64,000 nt of DNA from Leucoraja ocellata (GCA_036785375.1 JAWMAR010000563.1:930001-994000); one strand, 5' to 3'. Counted from the stretch's first letter, positions 24,501 to 36,971 are shown. Program-made: numbers and translations. Notes: generated from the letters alone by a model not told the origin.

Positions 24501-25794
24501 CCTTACACAATTATGTTGAAAAGTGGCCCTTTTTGATTTTTGCCCTGGTTTTGTCTGCCTGCCACTTTTACTTTTCACCTTGCTACCTATTTCTTCTACC
24601 CTCATTTTACACCCTTCGGTCTCTACGCTCACACATTTAAGAAACCCTTTCCCTTTAACTCCATCCTCCACTGTCCCATTCAACACCCCACCCCCCTTAT
24701 TCAGTTTAAAGCCACCCGTGTAGCAGTGGCAAACCTGCCTGCCAGAATGCTGGTCCCACACCTGTTAAGATGCAACCCGTCCCTTTTGTACAGTTCCCCC
24801 TTACCCCAAAACAGATCCTAGTGATCTAAGAATCTAAATCCGTGCCCCGTGCACCAGATCCTCAGCCACACGTTCAGGTCCCGTATCTCCCTGTTGCTGC
24901 TCTCGCCAGCACGGGGAACTGGAAGCAAACCGGAGATAACAACCCTGGAGGTCCTGCTTTTCAACATTTTTCTGAGCTCTCTAAAGTCACGCTGCAGAAT
25001 ATTCATCCCCTTCTTTCCGACATCGTTTGTGCCGACATGCACTACCACTTCCGGATGTTCACCTTCGCCCTTGAGGATTTTCTGCACTCTGTCCGTGACA
25101 TCCTGGATCCTGGCACCGGGAAGGCAGCACACCATCCTCGCATCCCGTCTGTTGCCGCAGAAACCCCTGTCCGTACCTCTCACGATGGAGTCTCCCACTA
25201 CAATGGCCTTGCCTGCCTTAGGCCTTTTTGGTTTTGGCTCAACAGCCCTATTCGCGTCACAGGCCAGTCCGCCGCTCACGTCTTCTGTCCCAACAGCTTC
25301 TAAGCGGATGAACCTGTTTACAAGAGGTACATCACCCGGGGACGTTGGCATTCCATGCTTCCCTCCCTTTCTCACTGTCTCCCACCTTCTCTCTTCCAGT
25401 ACCTTAGGTGTAACAATCGTACTGTAGGACTTGTCGAGGAACGACTCCGTTTCTCGTACGAACCGGAGGTCATCCACTTGCTTCTCCAGTTCCCCAACAC
25501 GGCCCTTCAGGAGCTCTACCTGGATGCATTTTTCGCATTTGTAGCAGCCAGAGGCACCAGCGGTGTCCTTGACCTCCCACATACTGCAAGCATCGCACTG
25601 AATCAGCTTGCCTGACATCTCCTTCTTTCGTCTCCCTCTCAAGCGTATTGCGTGGTCTCCTCTCCGAAGACTCTCGAGCCAAAGACTCACACTTTTCTCA
25701 CAGGGCACTTCCCTCACTAGGCCGCTCACTCACTGCCGCTCGCAAAGAGCTGTCCTGCTTAAATTGACTGATAAATTGCCTGATTTACCAATTT
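21566..25794 (-). mobile_element. Near full-length young CR1 LINE nested in the DIRS
   Basis: ORF1 24818..25729 (CxxC zinc finger, GDSIVRG/HVGTND esterase); ORF2 23274..24761 + 21769..23268 (APE + RT FADD); (tttctatg)n tail; TSD agggt at 21561-65 and 25795-99. Confidence 0.97.
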
Positions 25795-27602
25795 AGGGTG
25801 TTGAAGGGCTGCTTGTGTTAGATTCTGAACTAGAGATGGAGCCACATTCGCATATGGAGGACGAGAAAACCAAGTTGCTGGACATGTTGGGTAATACTTT
25901 AAGCAAGAACAGGCTGACAAAGATCTAGAGGCCAGGATGGCTGCCAGCATTGACTACATGTCTGCACATCACCTGCAAGCAAACCTTTGCTGAGGTGTTG
26001 GCAAAACATTTACCTCCAGGAAATTGTGGGGCTCTGAATGTGGCCAGTGTTAACCGAAGTATTTGGAGACACGTTGGTCAGGTATCAGGAGTCAGGATAA
26101 AAAACTCAAAATCTCTCGGCGGGCATAACAGCCTGATACGCTAGAGAACATAGACATGATGAATGACCATAAAGATGCTTTAGCGTTTTTTCCAACGTTC
26201 AATTTGAACTTAATAATATTAGGAAGGGGGCTATTCAGCCAGCTCTGGATCCAGTTTGCAATCCTGTGCAAGCAAAAGCTATAAAACCTCAAACCCTGTT
26301 GTTTGTAGGTGACCTGTCGACACAGGTCAAAGATTTGAAGAGGAGGCCAAGACTTTGGGGGCCTAATCAGAGCGGCCATAGGATATCTTGGCAAACGATA
26401 TCAACCTTGTGGGCCTCCTAATAAAGATAGTACTTATTCTTATAGTACGAGAAATTGGAGAGAGGCCAGAGGTAACCAGCAGCAGCATCCTTTTTTAGGG
26501 GTTGGCCCGGGACGCCCACTGTGGAAGATGCGCAAGCATCCACTTCAACATCTACCCTGCTCTCAACCTCACGGCCCTCCGCAACCACGGTTGAAACCAA
26601 GAAAGTAACTACATTTCCACCGATAACCATGGAGGTAGGTGGGTCTGTGCCTCCAGAATTAATAAGGAGCACGGAAGTTGGAGGGAGGTTGTAATTTCAT
26701 TTGGAAGCATGGTGTAATATAACTATGGAGAGATATATCCTTAGCAGTATTAAGGGATATCTGATAGAGTTTATACTCATACGAAACCCTCCAGTACAAC
26801 ATACACCGGACAGAATATACATAATTACCAAATTAGAACGAGCTAAAGCTCACATAGAACCACAAAGGTTGTTCACTATAAGAGTAATTTAAATGACCAA
26901 ACATGAACAACAGGAATTTGTCTCAAACATATTTATTAGACATAAGAGACATGGGGGTTGCCGTATTATTATTGATTTATCAACGTTTAACAATTTTGTG
27001 CAATATGTTCATTTTAAAATGGATATTTTTAGCACTGCTACAGAGTTAGTTTAGCGGGCTACTGTATGGCAAGTATTGATCTTCAGGATGCTTACTATAC
27101 GGTACCCATCAGAGGTGAACACAGGCGGGTTTTGAAATTTAACGGATGGGATAGCCTTGGCAATACAAGGCGCTACCAAACAGGCTAACGTCAGCTCCTA
27201 CATTATTTACAAAAATTCTTAAACCAGCCTTGGCATTGCTTAGACAGCAAAATCTATCTGAAAAGTATCATTTATCTCTGAAAGCAACGCCTTTATGGCT
27301 ATACTTTCAGTTGGCACGAGAGTTATATATTAATACATCATCAGCGAACTGAGTTAAGGACCTGTCCTACTGATGTTACTTTCAGCAACTGTCTTCGACC
27401 TTCTAACTTGAGGGCACTCACTTGAAAAAACCTTGAGCTGGATCGACTGTCAATGATGGAATAGTGCTAGAAGTGCATTGTTGAGTTATTTATGGCAAGG
27501 CACAGAAAGACAGGCTGTGGGCGCATATCCTCTAGTAGTAAAACTGTTATGAGGCATCTTTAACACCACCCACAAAGGTCTAGATACAGCCAAATCTGGG
27601 AT

Positions 27603-28199
27603 GTGAGTGTGGTCCTAACCATGCTAGGGATTGGTCACCGGGCTACAGCTTTAACTCTGAACCAACTCACTATGAAAATGGTAATGCTAATGGCGCTGGT
27701 CACAGCGCAAAGGGTCCAGTCATTTCAGAAATTAAGATTGGATAGCTTGACTGTGGCGACAGGAAGTTTGATATTTGGGATCCAGGACCTCATTAAGCAA
27801 AATAGACCAGGATCAGTGGGTCAGGTCATAGAAGTCATAGCCTATCTGCAGGGCGAACGCCTCTGTGTAGTGAAACACATTGTGTTATATATTGACAGAA
27901 CAAAGGCTATCAGAGGCAATGAAAAGGCTCTTTTGATTAGCCATAAGAAGCCGTACCATAGAGTCTCGACTCAGACCATTTCGCGGTGGCTGAGATATGG
28001 CTTAATAAAGGCGGGAGTGGACACTCACTCCACCAGGGCTGCAGCTACATCGGCAGCTAATCGCCTCGAGGTATCGATGGACCAAATCCTCAGGATTGCA
28101 GGATGGTCATCAGAGAGAAAACGTTTCAGAGATTTTACAACAAACCAGTTAGGAATGAAGAAACTTTTTCGCGAGGAAAAAATGTTAAGTTCTATATAA
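27603..28199 (+). pseudogene. DIRS tyrosine recombinase remnant
   Basis: TAQRVQ (catalytic R), LCVV, TISRWL, HSTR (HxxR), AGWSS; frameshift before the catalytic Tyr. Confidence 0.85.
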
Positions 28200-30334
28200 T
28201 TTATACCTGAAGCTTACAAGGTTTATGATTTGATTTAATAATATTATTTATCATTTACGTTTAAAAATTGGTATGAATGTATTTCTTGAATATCAGTAAC
28301 AATTTCTCCCAAACTACCAAGGCAGTTGTGAAGCATGGACTCGCTCCACGGCATGAGGTCACAGAGCTTTGAAATCTTCACGAAGTCGCTCACGTGACTC
28401 CGAAGTAAAATAGTAAGATTAAACGAGAACTTACCAGTTTGAAGTTTGATCTTTATTTTATGAGGAGGAACGTTGAGGGAATACGTGCCCTCCGCTCCCA
28501 CCCTCATATGGTCATATCTGAAACTGGTATTTCTTTAATAATCTTACTATGTTTTTACTTACTTTGAAGGATGACATGCATGCGTCGTAAGTGGGGTTCT
28601 TCACGTATTCCCTCAACGTTCCTTCTCATAAAATAAAGATCAAACTTCAAACTGGTAAGTTCTCGTTTAATCTTACTATTCTCTGCCACAGAAGGCAGTG
28701 GAGGTCAATTCACTGGATGTATTCAAGAGAGAGTTAGATTTAGCTTTTAGGAATTAAGGGATCAAGGGATATGGGGAAAAAGCAGGAACGGGGTATTGAT
28801 TTTAGATGATCAGCCATGATTATATTGAATGATGGTGCTTGCTTGAATGGCCGAATGGCCTACTGTTGAACCTATTTTTCTATGTTTTCTATGTTTCTAG
28901 GACTGTTTGATGTAAATAATAAAAAGGCAGGCACAGCTTTGGCCCACGCGAGTGCTCATGGCTACCCCTTTAACTTGGAGAAAATTAGAGGTGAATAGAG
29001 AAGTGTAGAGGGGAGGACAGGTTTGACCCGGCCTCTGGCAGCTCGGTCCAAACACCCATCACCCTTGGAGTGAAAAACGTACCCCCAAGATGTTATTAAA
29101 TTTTGCCCCTCCCACCTTAAAACTGTGCTCTCTGGTTCTTGATTCTCCGCGCCTGGATAATCACTAGACAATTGACAATAGGTGCAGGAGTAGGCCATTC
29201 GGCCCTTCGGGCCAGCACCGCCATTCAATGTGATCATGGCTGATCATCCCCAATCTGTACCCCGTTCCTGCCTTCTCCCCATATCCCCTGACTCCGCTAT
29301 TTTTAAGAGCCCGATCTAGCTCTCTCTTGAAAGCATCTAGAGAACCTGCCTCCACCGTTTCGGAAGCAGAGAATTCCACAGACTCACAACTCTCTGTGAG
29401 AAAAAGTGTTTCCTCGTCTCCGTTCTAAATGGCTTACTCCTTCTTCTTAAACTGTGGCCCCTAGTTCTGGACTACCCTAAAATCAGGAACATGTTTCCTG
29501 CCTCTGGCATTTCCAAACCCTTAACAATCTAATATGTTTCAATGAGATCCCCTCATGATTTTATACACCTCCATATGCTCAAGCCTCTATGAAGTGGATA
29601 CTCACAGTCTTTTACCAGTGTTGAGTCTCACGTTTGACTACACTGTTTAAAATACATTTGGACAGGTACATGGGTGGGAAACATAAGGACATGCAGATGC
29701 TGCTTTACAAAAGGTCAGTGATAGGTGGATACATGGTGGGGGGGGGGGGGAGGTTGATGGGGTAGATGTTCAAGGGCAGAGATGAACAGGCAAAATGTGT
29801 CACACAATGACAGAATAGTTGTACTGTGTCCTTACCCCCGAGACCCAGTGCTGGGCACAGCTCAGTGCGGGCACGTTAATGGGTGAGGCATGGCCATGCA
29901 GGAGGCTTGGCGAGGTGTGGAAGTTGGGCGGACAGTGGGAGGGCAGGAGATGGCCAGAGTACACAATATCTGCCTCCACAACCACCCCTGGCAATGCGTT
30001 CCAGGCCCCCAACTACTCTGTGTAAATAAACCTTTCCCTTTACATCGTGGCTTAAAACTATACCCTCTACTTTGGGTCATTTTGCAGGTTAATTGGCCTT
30101 TATAAAATAATCCTGGTGTGTGGGAAGTGGATTTGAAAGTGGGATAACATGAACAAGTGTGAATGGGTGATCGATGGTCAGCATGGACTCGGTGGGCTGA
30201 AGGGCCTGTTTCCATGCTGTATCTCCAAAGCAAACTCAGTTAAATCACCGTGGATCTCGTGCATCTTAATCTTCTGGACCAGCTACCATGGGGGACTTGA
30301 TCACATGCCTTACAATCACCACACACACAACGGG

Positions 30335-33199
30335 GAATGTTGGGGGGTTTTTGTGGGCGGGGGTGGAGAGATTGTGGGTGGGGTGGGTGTGGGGCTGTGT
30401 GTGTGGGGAGCTGGGGTATGTGTGGTGTGGGTTACTGGTGTGTAAGCGGGATGTGTTTGGGGTTCTGTGTGCGTGTGTGTATTTGTGGGGTGTGTGTGTG
30501 TGTGGCGTGTGTGTGCAAGATGTGTGGGGTGTGTGTGGGTGTGTGTGGGGGTGTTGGGTGTATTAGTGTGTGTGGGTGTGTGTGTTTATGTGTGTGTGTG
30601 TGAGAGAGATTATGGGGGGGGGGAATCTGTGTGTCCCGCTGTCTCTGACTCTGTGCCCGGTTCCAGGCTTCCACTCGCTGCGTGGGTGTGTGTGTATGTG
30701 TGTGTAGGTGTGTGTAGGTGTGTGTGGATATGTGTGTGTAGGTGTGTGAGGGTGTGGTGTGTGTGTGTGTGAGAGGGTGTGAGTGTGTTTATGTTTAGGG
30801 TGTGTGGGGGGTGTGAGTGTGTGTATGTGTGTGTGTGTGTGGGGGGGGCTGTGCGAGTGTGGATGTGGGTGTGTTTGTGTGAGAGTTTGTGTTTGTGTGT
30901 GTGTAGGCGTGTGTGTGGGTGGGTGTGTGCATGGGTGTATGCATGTGTGTGTGTGTGTGTGTATGTGGGGTGTGTGTATTTGGGGTGTGTGAGTGCGGTG
31001 CAAGTGTGTGAGTGTGTATATGTGTGTGGGGGGGGGATGTGGGTGTGTGTAGGTGTGCGTGAGTGTGGTTTGTGTGTGTGTGGGGTGCGTGCGTGGGTTT
31101 GTGTGAGTGTGTGTGGGTAAGTGTGTGGGTGGTTATGTGTGGGTGTGTGTATGGTTGTGTTAAAATGAGTTCTTTTTGCCAGTCTAATTCAAGAAAACTT
31201 GATTCAAACCATTGCTGCTAAAATCGACTCTTTATTCTGACAGCGCTGGATAATTCTTTAAACCTTCCAACACAGAGTTCGAAACTCGGGGGCAGGTTGA
31301 AAGAACTACTGACTTTGGCATAAATGTAACACATTATATAGGTAAAAGACAAGTATAGTACAATAGGAATAGCAAACTATTAACCAATCATTATGGTTTA
31401 CCATACATTTCACTTATTTGCATTAACCAATCAACTAAATCCTAATGCTCAGTCTGAAGAAGGGTTTCGGCCCGAAACGTTGCCTATTTCCTTCGCTCCA
31501 TAGATGCTGCTGCACCCGCTGAGTTTCTCCAGCTTTTCTGTATAACTAAATCCTTTCCATTGATTGACAACACGTATAGTCACATGATTTTCCCTTTTCC
31601 AGCCCCTTTACAACCTTCATCCCCTCTGGTTTCTTCAACCTCTTTGCTCAAAATCATTTTATTTCATTAAAGTAAAACCACAGATATAAAACTAATTCTC
31701 ACAGAATACTTTTCAGAATATACACATAATATAGCAATCACACAACACATACATACAAAACATATTTTCACTTTTGGAAAAGAAAGTTATTTCTAAAACT
31801 TCCGATTTAAACAAAGTCTAATACTTACAATCGTAATTAAACACAATACACTTCACAATTAATTCCCTTACAACCACTTAGTTAAAATACAGTTACTTAT
31901 GGATTACAAAGATTAAAGATGAGTTTCGCCCCATTCTTACAAAGTGGTAAAGACAAAGTTCTAATCACACAATTCCCAACTACAGCCACATAAAGGCACT
32001 TGATTGCTTCTTCCCAAGCTCGGGTCTAATTTCATTTTGTATTACAACCTCCCCCTACTATCTCTGGAGAAAAGGAATGTAACATTTCCTCGCCACTAAA
32101 AGCATTCCGCACAACAAATGAAAGAGTATCAAAACAGAGTTATTTTCTCAGTTTCTGGTAACCATAAGAAATCCTTTTGCAAAGGTCACACAACCATCAT
32201 CTATGCCTTATCTTTTATCCCAACATAAACACATCTAAACAGCACAAACCATCTCACAGACTAGTATCTACCCTTGGTGCCTACAATCCAACATAGGCAA
32301 CCATAAATTGCCTTAGATGACACAGCCAAACTCTGAGATGTGTCACAAAGGAAGAAGGATGGTGCCCATGTCATGGAGAAAGATCCCATTAACAACCTCT
32401 ATTATAAACACCAACCTAAACCAACTACACCTTCTCACAGCATGATTATTGCTCCAAAGCAATAAAGAAAGATATGCCTATCCAGGTCACCCCTTCCATG
32501 TTTATGATAAGCCATCTGTTCTCCTGTGTGTGTTCTTTGTTCTTTATTTCTTTGTGGAGGCATGTATTTCTGAAAGCCCCAACTCCAAACCCTTCTCTTG
32601 CAACTTAACACAAGTTCCTTAAGAACTTATCATTTGAGCAATCTTATTATATATTTCCTCAGTTGTGCGTGTGGGGGTATGTGTTTGTGGGTGTGTGTGT
32701 GTGTGGGTGAGTGGGTGTGTGTCTAGTTGTGTGTGGTTGGTTGTGTGTGTGTGTGGGTGTATGTGGGTGTGTGTATTTGAGTGTGGGTGCGTGTTTGTGT
32801 GTGTGTGCATGGTGTGTGTGGGGTGTGTGGGTGGGGGGTTTGTGTGTATGGTGTGTGTGTGGGGGTGTGTGTCTGTGGTCTGTTGTCGATGGGTGTGTGC
32901 ATGAGTGCACCGGTGTGTGGGTGTGTTTGTGTGGGTGGGTGTGCGGGTGTGTGGGTGTTTGTGTGGATGTGTGTGGCAGTGTGTGTGGATATGTGTGTGA
33001 GGGTGTGGTGTGCGTGGGTGGGTGAGTGTGGAGTGTGTGTTTATGTGTGGGGTGTGTGTGTGGGGGGGTGTGAGTGTGTTTATGTTTAGTGTGTGTGTAG
33101 GTGTGTGAGGGTGTGGTGTGTGGGTGGGTGTGTGTATGTGTGGGGTGTGTGTGTGTGGGAGGGGTGTGAGTGTGTTTATGTTTAGGGTGTGTGTGGGGG

Positions 33200-33240
<41 letters not shown>

Positions 33241-35471
33241 GGGGGGGGGGCTATGCGAGTGTGTGGAGTGTGTGGGTGTGTTTGTGTGGGAGTTTGTGTT
33301 TGGGTGTGTAGGCGTGTGTGTGGGTGGGTCTGTGTGTAGGTGTATGCATGTGTGGGTGTGTGTGTATGTGGGGTGTGTGAGTGTGGGGTGGGAGTGTGGG
33401 GGGGGTGGGTGTGTGTCGGTGTGCGTGAGTGTGGTTTGTGTGCGTGTGGGTGTGTGTGGGGTGTGCGTGGGTGTGGGTTTGTGTGAGTGTGTGGGTATGT
33501 GTGTGGGTGGTTATGTGTGGGTGTGTGTATGGTTGTGTGTGTGGGAGTATGTGTTTGTGGGGGTGTGTGTGTGGGTGGGTGCGTGTGGGGCGTGTGTGTC
33601 CAGTTGTGTGTGGTTGGTTGTGTATGTGTGTGTGTGGGTGTGTGTATGTGGGTGTGTGTATTAGTGTGTGGGTGCGTGTTTGTGTGTGTGTGCGTGGGGT
33701 GTGTGGGTGGGGGGTTTGTGTGTGTGTGGTGTGTGTGTGTGGGTGTGTGTCTGTGGTCTGTGTTGTAGATGGGTGTGTGTGCATGAGTGCGCGGGTGTGT
33801 GGGTGTGTTTGTGTGGATGTCTGTGGGTGGGTGTGCGGGTGTGTGGGTATGTGTGTGGGTGTGTGTGTGTGTGGGGGGATGGGTGTGTACATGGGTGTGT
33901 GTAGGTGTGCATGACTGCAGTGTGTGCGTGTGGAGTATGTGTGGGTTGTGTGTGTGGGGTGTGTGTGTTTGGGTGTGTGCCTGTGTGTGGAGTGCGTGGG
34001 TGTGTGTGCTGTGTGTGGGTGGTTATGTGGGTGTGTGTATGGTTGTGTGTGTGGGAGTATGTGTTTGTGGGGGTGTGTGTGTGGGTGGGTGTGTGTGGAT
34101 GCGTGTGGCGTGTGTGTTTGTGGTTGTGTGTGGTTGGTTGTGTATGTGGGTGTATGTTTTTGTGTGAGTGTGTGGGTCTGAGTGTGGGTGTGTGTATTTG
34201 AGTGTGGGTGCCTGTTTGTGTGTGTATGATGTGTGGGGGGTTTGTGTGTGTGGTGGGTGTGTGGGGGTGTTTGTGTGAATGTGTGTGGGTGTGTATGTGT
34301 GTGCATTGTGTGTGTTTGTGTGTTTAGGATGTGAGTGTGTCTGTGTCGTGTGTGTATGTGGGGTGTGTGAGTGTGGGATGCGTATGTGTAGGAGTATGCC
34401 TGTACGTGTGTGTGTGTGGGGGTGTGTGGGTGTGGGTATGTGTGTGGGTGTGATGTGTGTGTGTAGGTGTGCGTGAGTGTGTGGTGTGTGTGTGTGGGGT
34501 GTGTGCGTGTGTGTAGGTCTGTGNNNNNNNNNNNNNNNNNNNNNNNNNNNNNNNNNNNNNNNNNNNNNNNNNNNNNNNNNNNNNNNNNNNNNNNNNNNNN
34601 NNNNNNNNNNNNNNNNNNNNNNNNNNNNNNNNNNNNNNNNNNNNNNNNNNNNNNNNNNNNNNNNNNNNNNNNNNNNNNNNNGTGTGTGCGTGTGGTTGTT
34701 TGTGTGGCGGTGTGTGTGCGTGTGTGTGTAGGGGGGTATGGGGTGCGTGCGTGGGGGGGTGTGTGTGTGAGTCTGTGGGTGTGTGTATGGGGGTGTGTGT
34801 GAGTGTGTAGGTGTGTGGTGTGTGTGTATGTGGGTGTTTGTGAGTGTGTAGGTGTGTGTGAGTGGTGTGTGTATGTGGGGTGTGGGAGTGTCGGGTGCGT
34901 GTGTGTGGGTGTGTGTGGGGGTGTGTGTCTGTGGTCTGTTGTGGCGGTGTGGGTGTTTGTAGGTGTGCGTGAGAGTGGTGTGTGTGGGGTGTGGGTGTGT
35001 GCGTAAGTGTGGGTTTGTGTGTGGTGTGTGTGTGGGGAGTTTGTGGGTGGTTATGAGTAGGTGTGTGTATGGTTGTGTGTGCGGGTGTATGTGTGGGTGT
35101 GAGTGTGTGGGGTGTGTGTCTGGTTGTGTGTGGATGTATGTGTGTGTGTGTGTGTGTTTGGTTGTGTGTATGTTAGTGTGGTTTGTGTGTGGGTGAGCGT
35201 GGTGTGTTTGTGTGGAAGTGTGTGGTGGTGTGTGTGTGTGTTTGTGTGCGTGGGTGTTGGTGTGNNNNNNNNNNNNNNNNNNNNNNNNNNNNNNNNNNNN
35301 NNNNNNNNNNNNNNNNNNNNNNNNNNNNNNNNNNNNNNNNNNNNNNNNNNNNNNNNNNNNNNNNNNNNNNNNNNNNNNNNNNNNNNNNNNNNNNNNNNNN
35401 NNNNNNNNNNNNNNNNNNNNNNNNNNNNNNNNNNNNNNNNNNNNNNNNNNNNNNNNNNNNNNNNNNNNNNN
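30335..35471. repeat. (GT)-rich low-complexity block in MHC intron 1, interrupted by an LTR remnant and two N gaps
   Basis: Composition; gaps at 34524-34681 and 35265-35471. Confidence 0.95.
31158..32660 (-). mobile_element. LTR retroelement 3' remnant: LTR 31158-31612 plus polypurine tract and adjacent internal sequence
   Basis: TG...CA ends (tgttaaa / tttaca), minus-strand PPT agaggggatgaaggt abutting 31612, TATA (~31335) and AATAAA (~31232) in the correct order. Confidence 0.65.
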
Positions 35472-35511
35472 CTGTGTGTCCCGCTGTCTCTGACTCTGCG
35501 CCCGGTTCCAG

Positions 35512-35772
35512 GCTCCCACTCGCTGCGTTATTTCTACACGGCGGTGACGCCCGGCTCGGGGGTCCCTGAGTTCACGGTTGTCGGATACGTGGACGATGAG
35601 CAGATTGTTCACTATGACAGTGACAGACGGAAGATGGAACCGCGGCAGCGGTGGATGGCGGAGAGTCAGGGCGCCGACTACTGGGAGGAGCAGACACAGA
35701 TCCAGCGGGACGTGAAACCGGTTTTCAAGAGCGACATCCCCATCGCAATGAGCAGGACAAACCAGAGCGGGG
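35512..35772 (+). pseudogene. MHC class I heavy chain alpha1 exon (open, 261 nt, phase 1-1)
   Basis: [38 protein letters not shown]...YWEEQTQ...MSRTNQSG; acceptor ttccag, donor gtgaga. Confidence 0.97.
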
Positions 35773-35983
35773 GTGAGAGCGGGGATGTGTGTGTGGGGGG
35801 ATGTACCACGTGTGGGTGTGGTGGGTGTACCACATGTATGTGGGAGGGGGATGGGCCACGTGTGTGTGGGATGGACCACATGTGTGTGTGGAGGGATGGA
35901 CCACGTGTGTGTGGGGGGTGGTCCACGTATGTGTGTGTGTGTGTGTGGGGGTTGTGTACCTGGTGTCTGTGGGAGGGGTGGTC

Positions 35984-36019
<36 letters not shown>

Positions 36020-36313
36020 GGGGGGTCCACGTGTGTGTGTGGGGGGGCTGGTCCACGTGTGTGTCTGTGTGAGGGATGTACCACGTGTGTGTGTGTGTGT
36101 GTGGGGGGAGGGTGGTCCACGAGTGTGTGTGTTGGGGAGTTGGTCCACCTGTGTGTGTGTGTGTGTGTGTGGGGGGGGAAGGGTGGTCCACAAGTGTGTG
36201 TGTGTGTGGTGGGGGGGGGGAATGGGGTCCACAAGTGTGTGTGTTGGGGGTTGGTTCACCTGTGTGTGTGGGGGGGGGGGGACAGCGCCACCACTGATGG
36301 CCGTGTGTTGCAG

Positions 36314-36411
36314 GGATCCACAATCTCCATCACATGTACGGTTGTGAGCTGCTCTCGGACGGCTTCACCTCCGGGTTTTTCCAGTTCGGCTGGGACGGAG
36401 AGGACTTGATC
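36314..36411 (+). pseudogene. MHC class I alpha2 exon, truncated after ~33 codons by CR1
   Basis: Acceptor ttgcag; [33 protein letters not shown], then CR1 sequence. Confidence 0.95.
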
Positions 36412-36968
36412 TGGAGTATGGTGTACAATTTTGGTCGCCCAATTATAGGAAGGATGTCAACAAAATAGAGAGAGTACAGAGGAGATTTACTAGAATGTTG
36501 CCTGGGTTTCAACAACTAAGTTAGAGATAGGTTGAATAAGTTGGGACTTTATTCTCTGGAGCGTAGAAGGTTAAGGGGGGACTTGATAAAGGTATTTAAA
36601 ATGATGAGAGGGATAGACAGAGTTGATGTGGACAAGCTTTTCCCTTTGAGAACAGCGAAGATTCAAACAAGAGGACATGACTTCAGAATTAAGGGACAGA
36701 AGTTTAGGGGTAATATGAGGGGGAACTTCTTTACTCAGACAGTGGTAGCGGTGTGGAATGAGCTTCCAGTGGAAGTGGTGGAGGCAGGTTCATTGGTATC
36801 ATTTAAAAATAAATTGGATAGGCATATGGATGAGAAGAGATGGAGGGTTATGGTATAAGTGCAGGCAGGTGGGGACTAAGGGAAACAAGTTGTTCGGCAC
36901 GGACTTGTAGGCCGAGATGGCCTGTTTTCGTGCTGTAATTGTTATATGGTTATATTATATGGTTATAT
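36409..36968 (+). mobile_element. 5'-truncated CR1 (second family, ttatatgg tail)
   Basis: LEYGVQFWSPNYRK...RGNFFTQ; near-identical to 47700-48255. Other copies at ~42660-42965, 47610-48255, 53965-54297. Confidence 0.95.
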
Positions 36969-36971
36969 GAT

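Larger units (their letters stand above)
19492..28680 (+). mobile_element. DIRS1-like tyrosine-recombinase retrotransposon, decayed, both termini present
   Basis: ICR at 28376-28487 complementary to both element ends; RT remnant ~26890-27250 (IIDL..FN, SIDLQDAYY, SAPTLFTKILKP); YR ORF 27603..28199 (HSTRAAATS, AGWSS). Confidence 0.93.
18718..28900 (+). mobile_element. Old CR1 3' half split by the DIRS insertion (18718-19491 and 28681-28900)
   Basis: ...gtgaatctgtggaatt|ctctgccacagaaggcag (VNLWN|SLPQKA) is continuous across the insertion. Confidence 0.9.

Noticed and set aside
30288-30335. ATG (MGDLITCLTI) near the alpha1 stub as alternative MHC leader
   Set aside because: Not hydrophobic enough, no donor site and no promoter motifs
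30288-36409. Long His/Thr- or Val/Cys-rich ORFs (e.g. 34023..36323, 766 aa)
   Set aside because: Translations of GT/CA repeats and N gaps; only the embedded alpha1 and alpha2 exons are real
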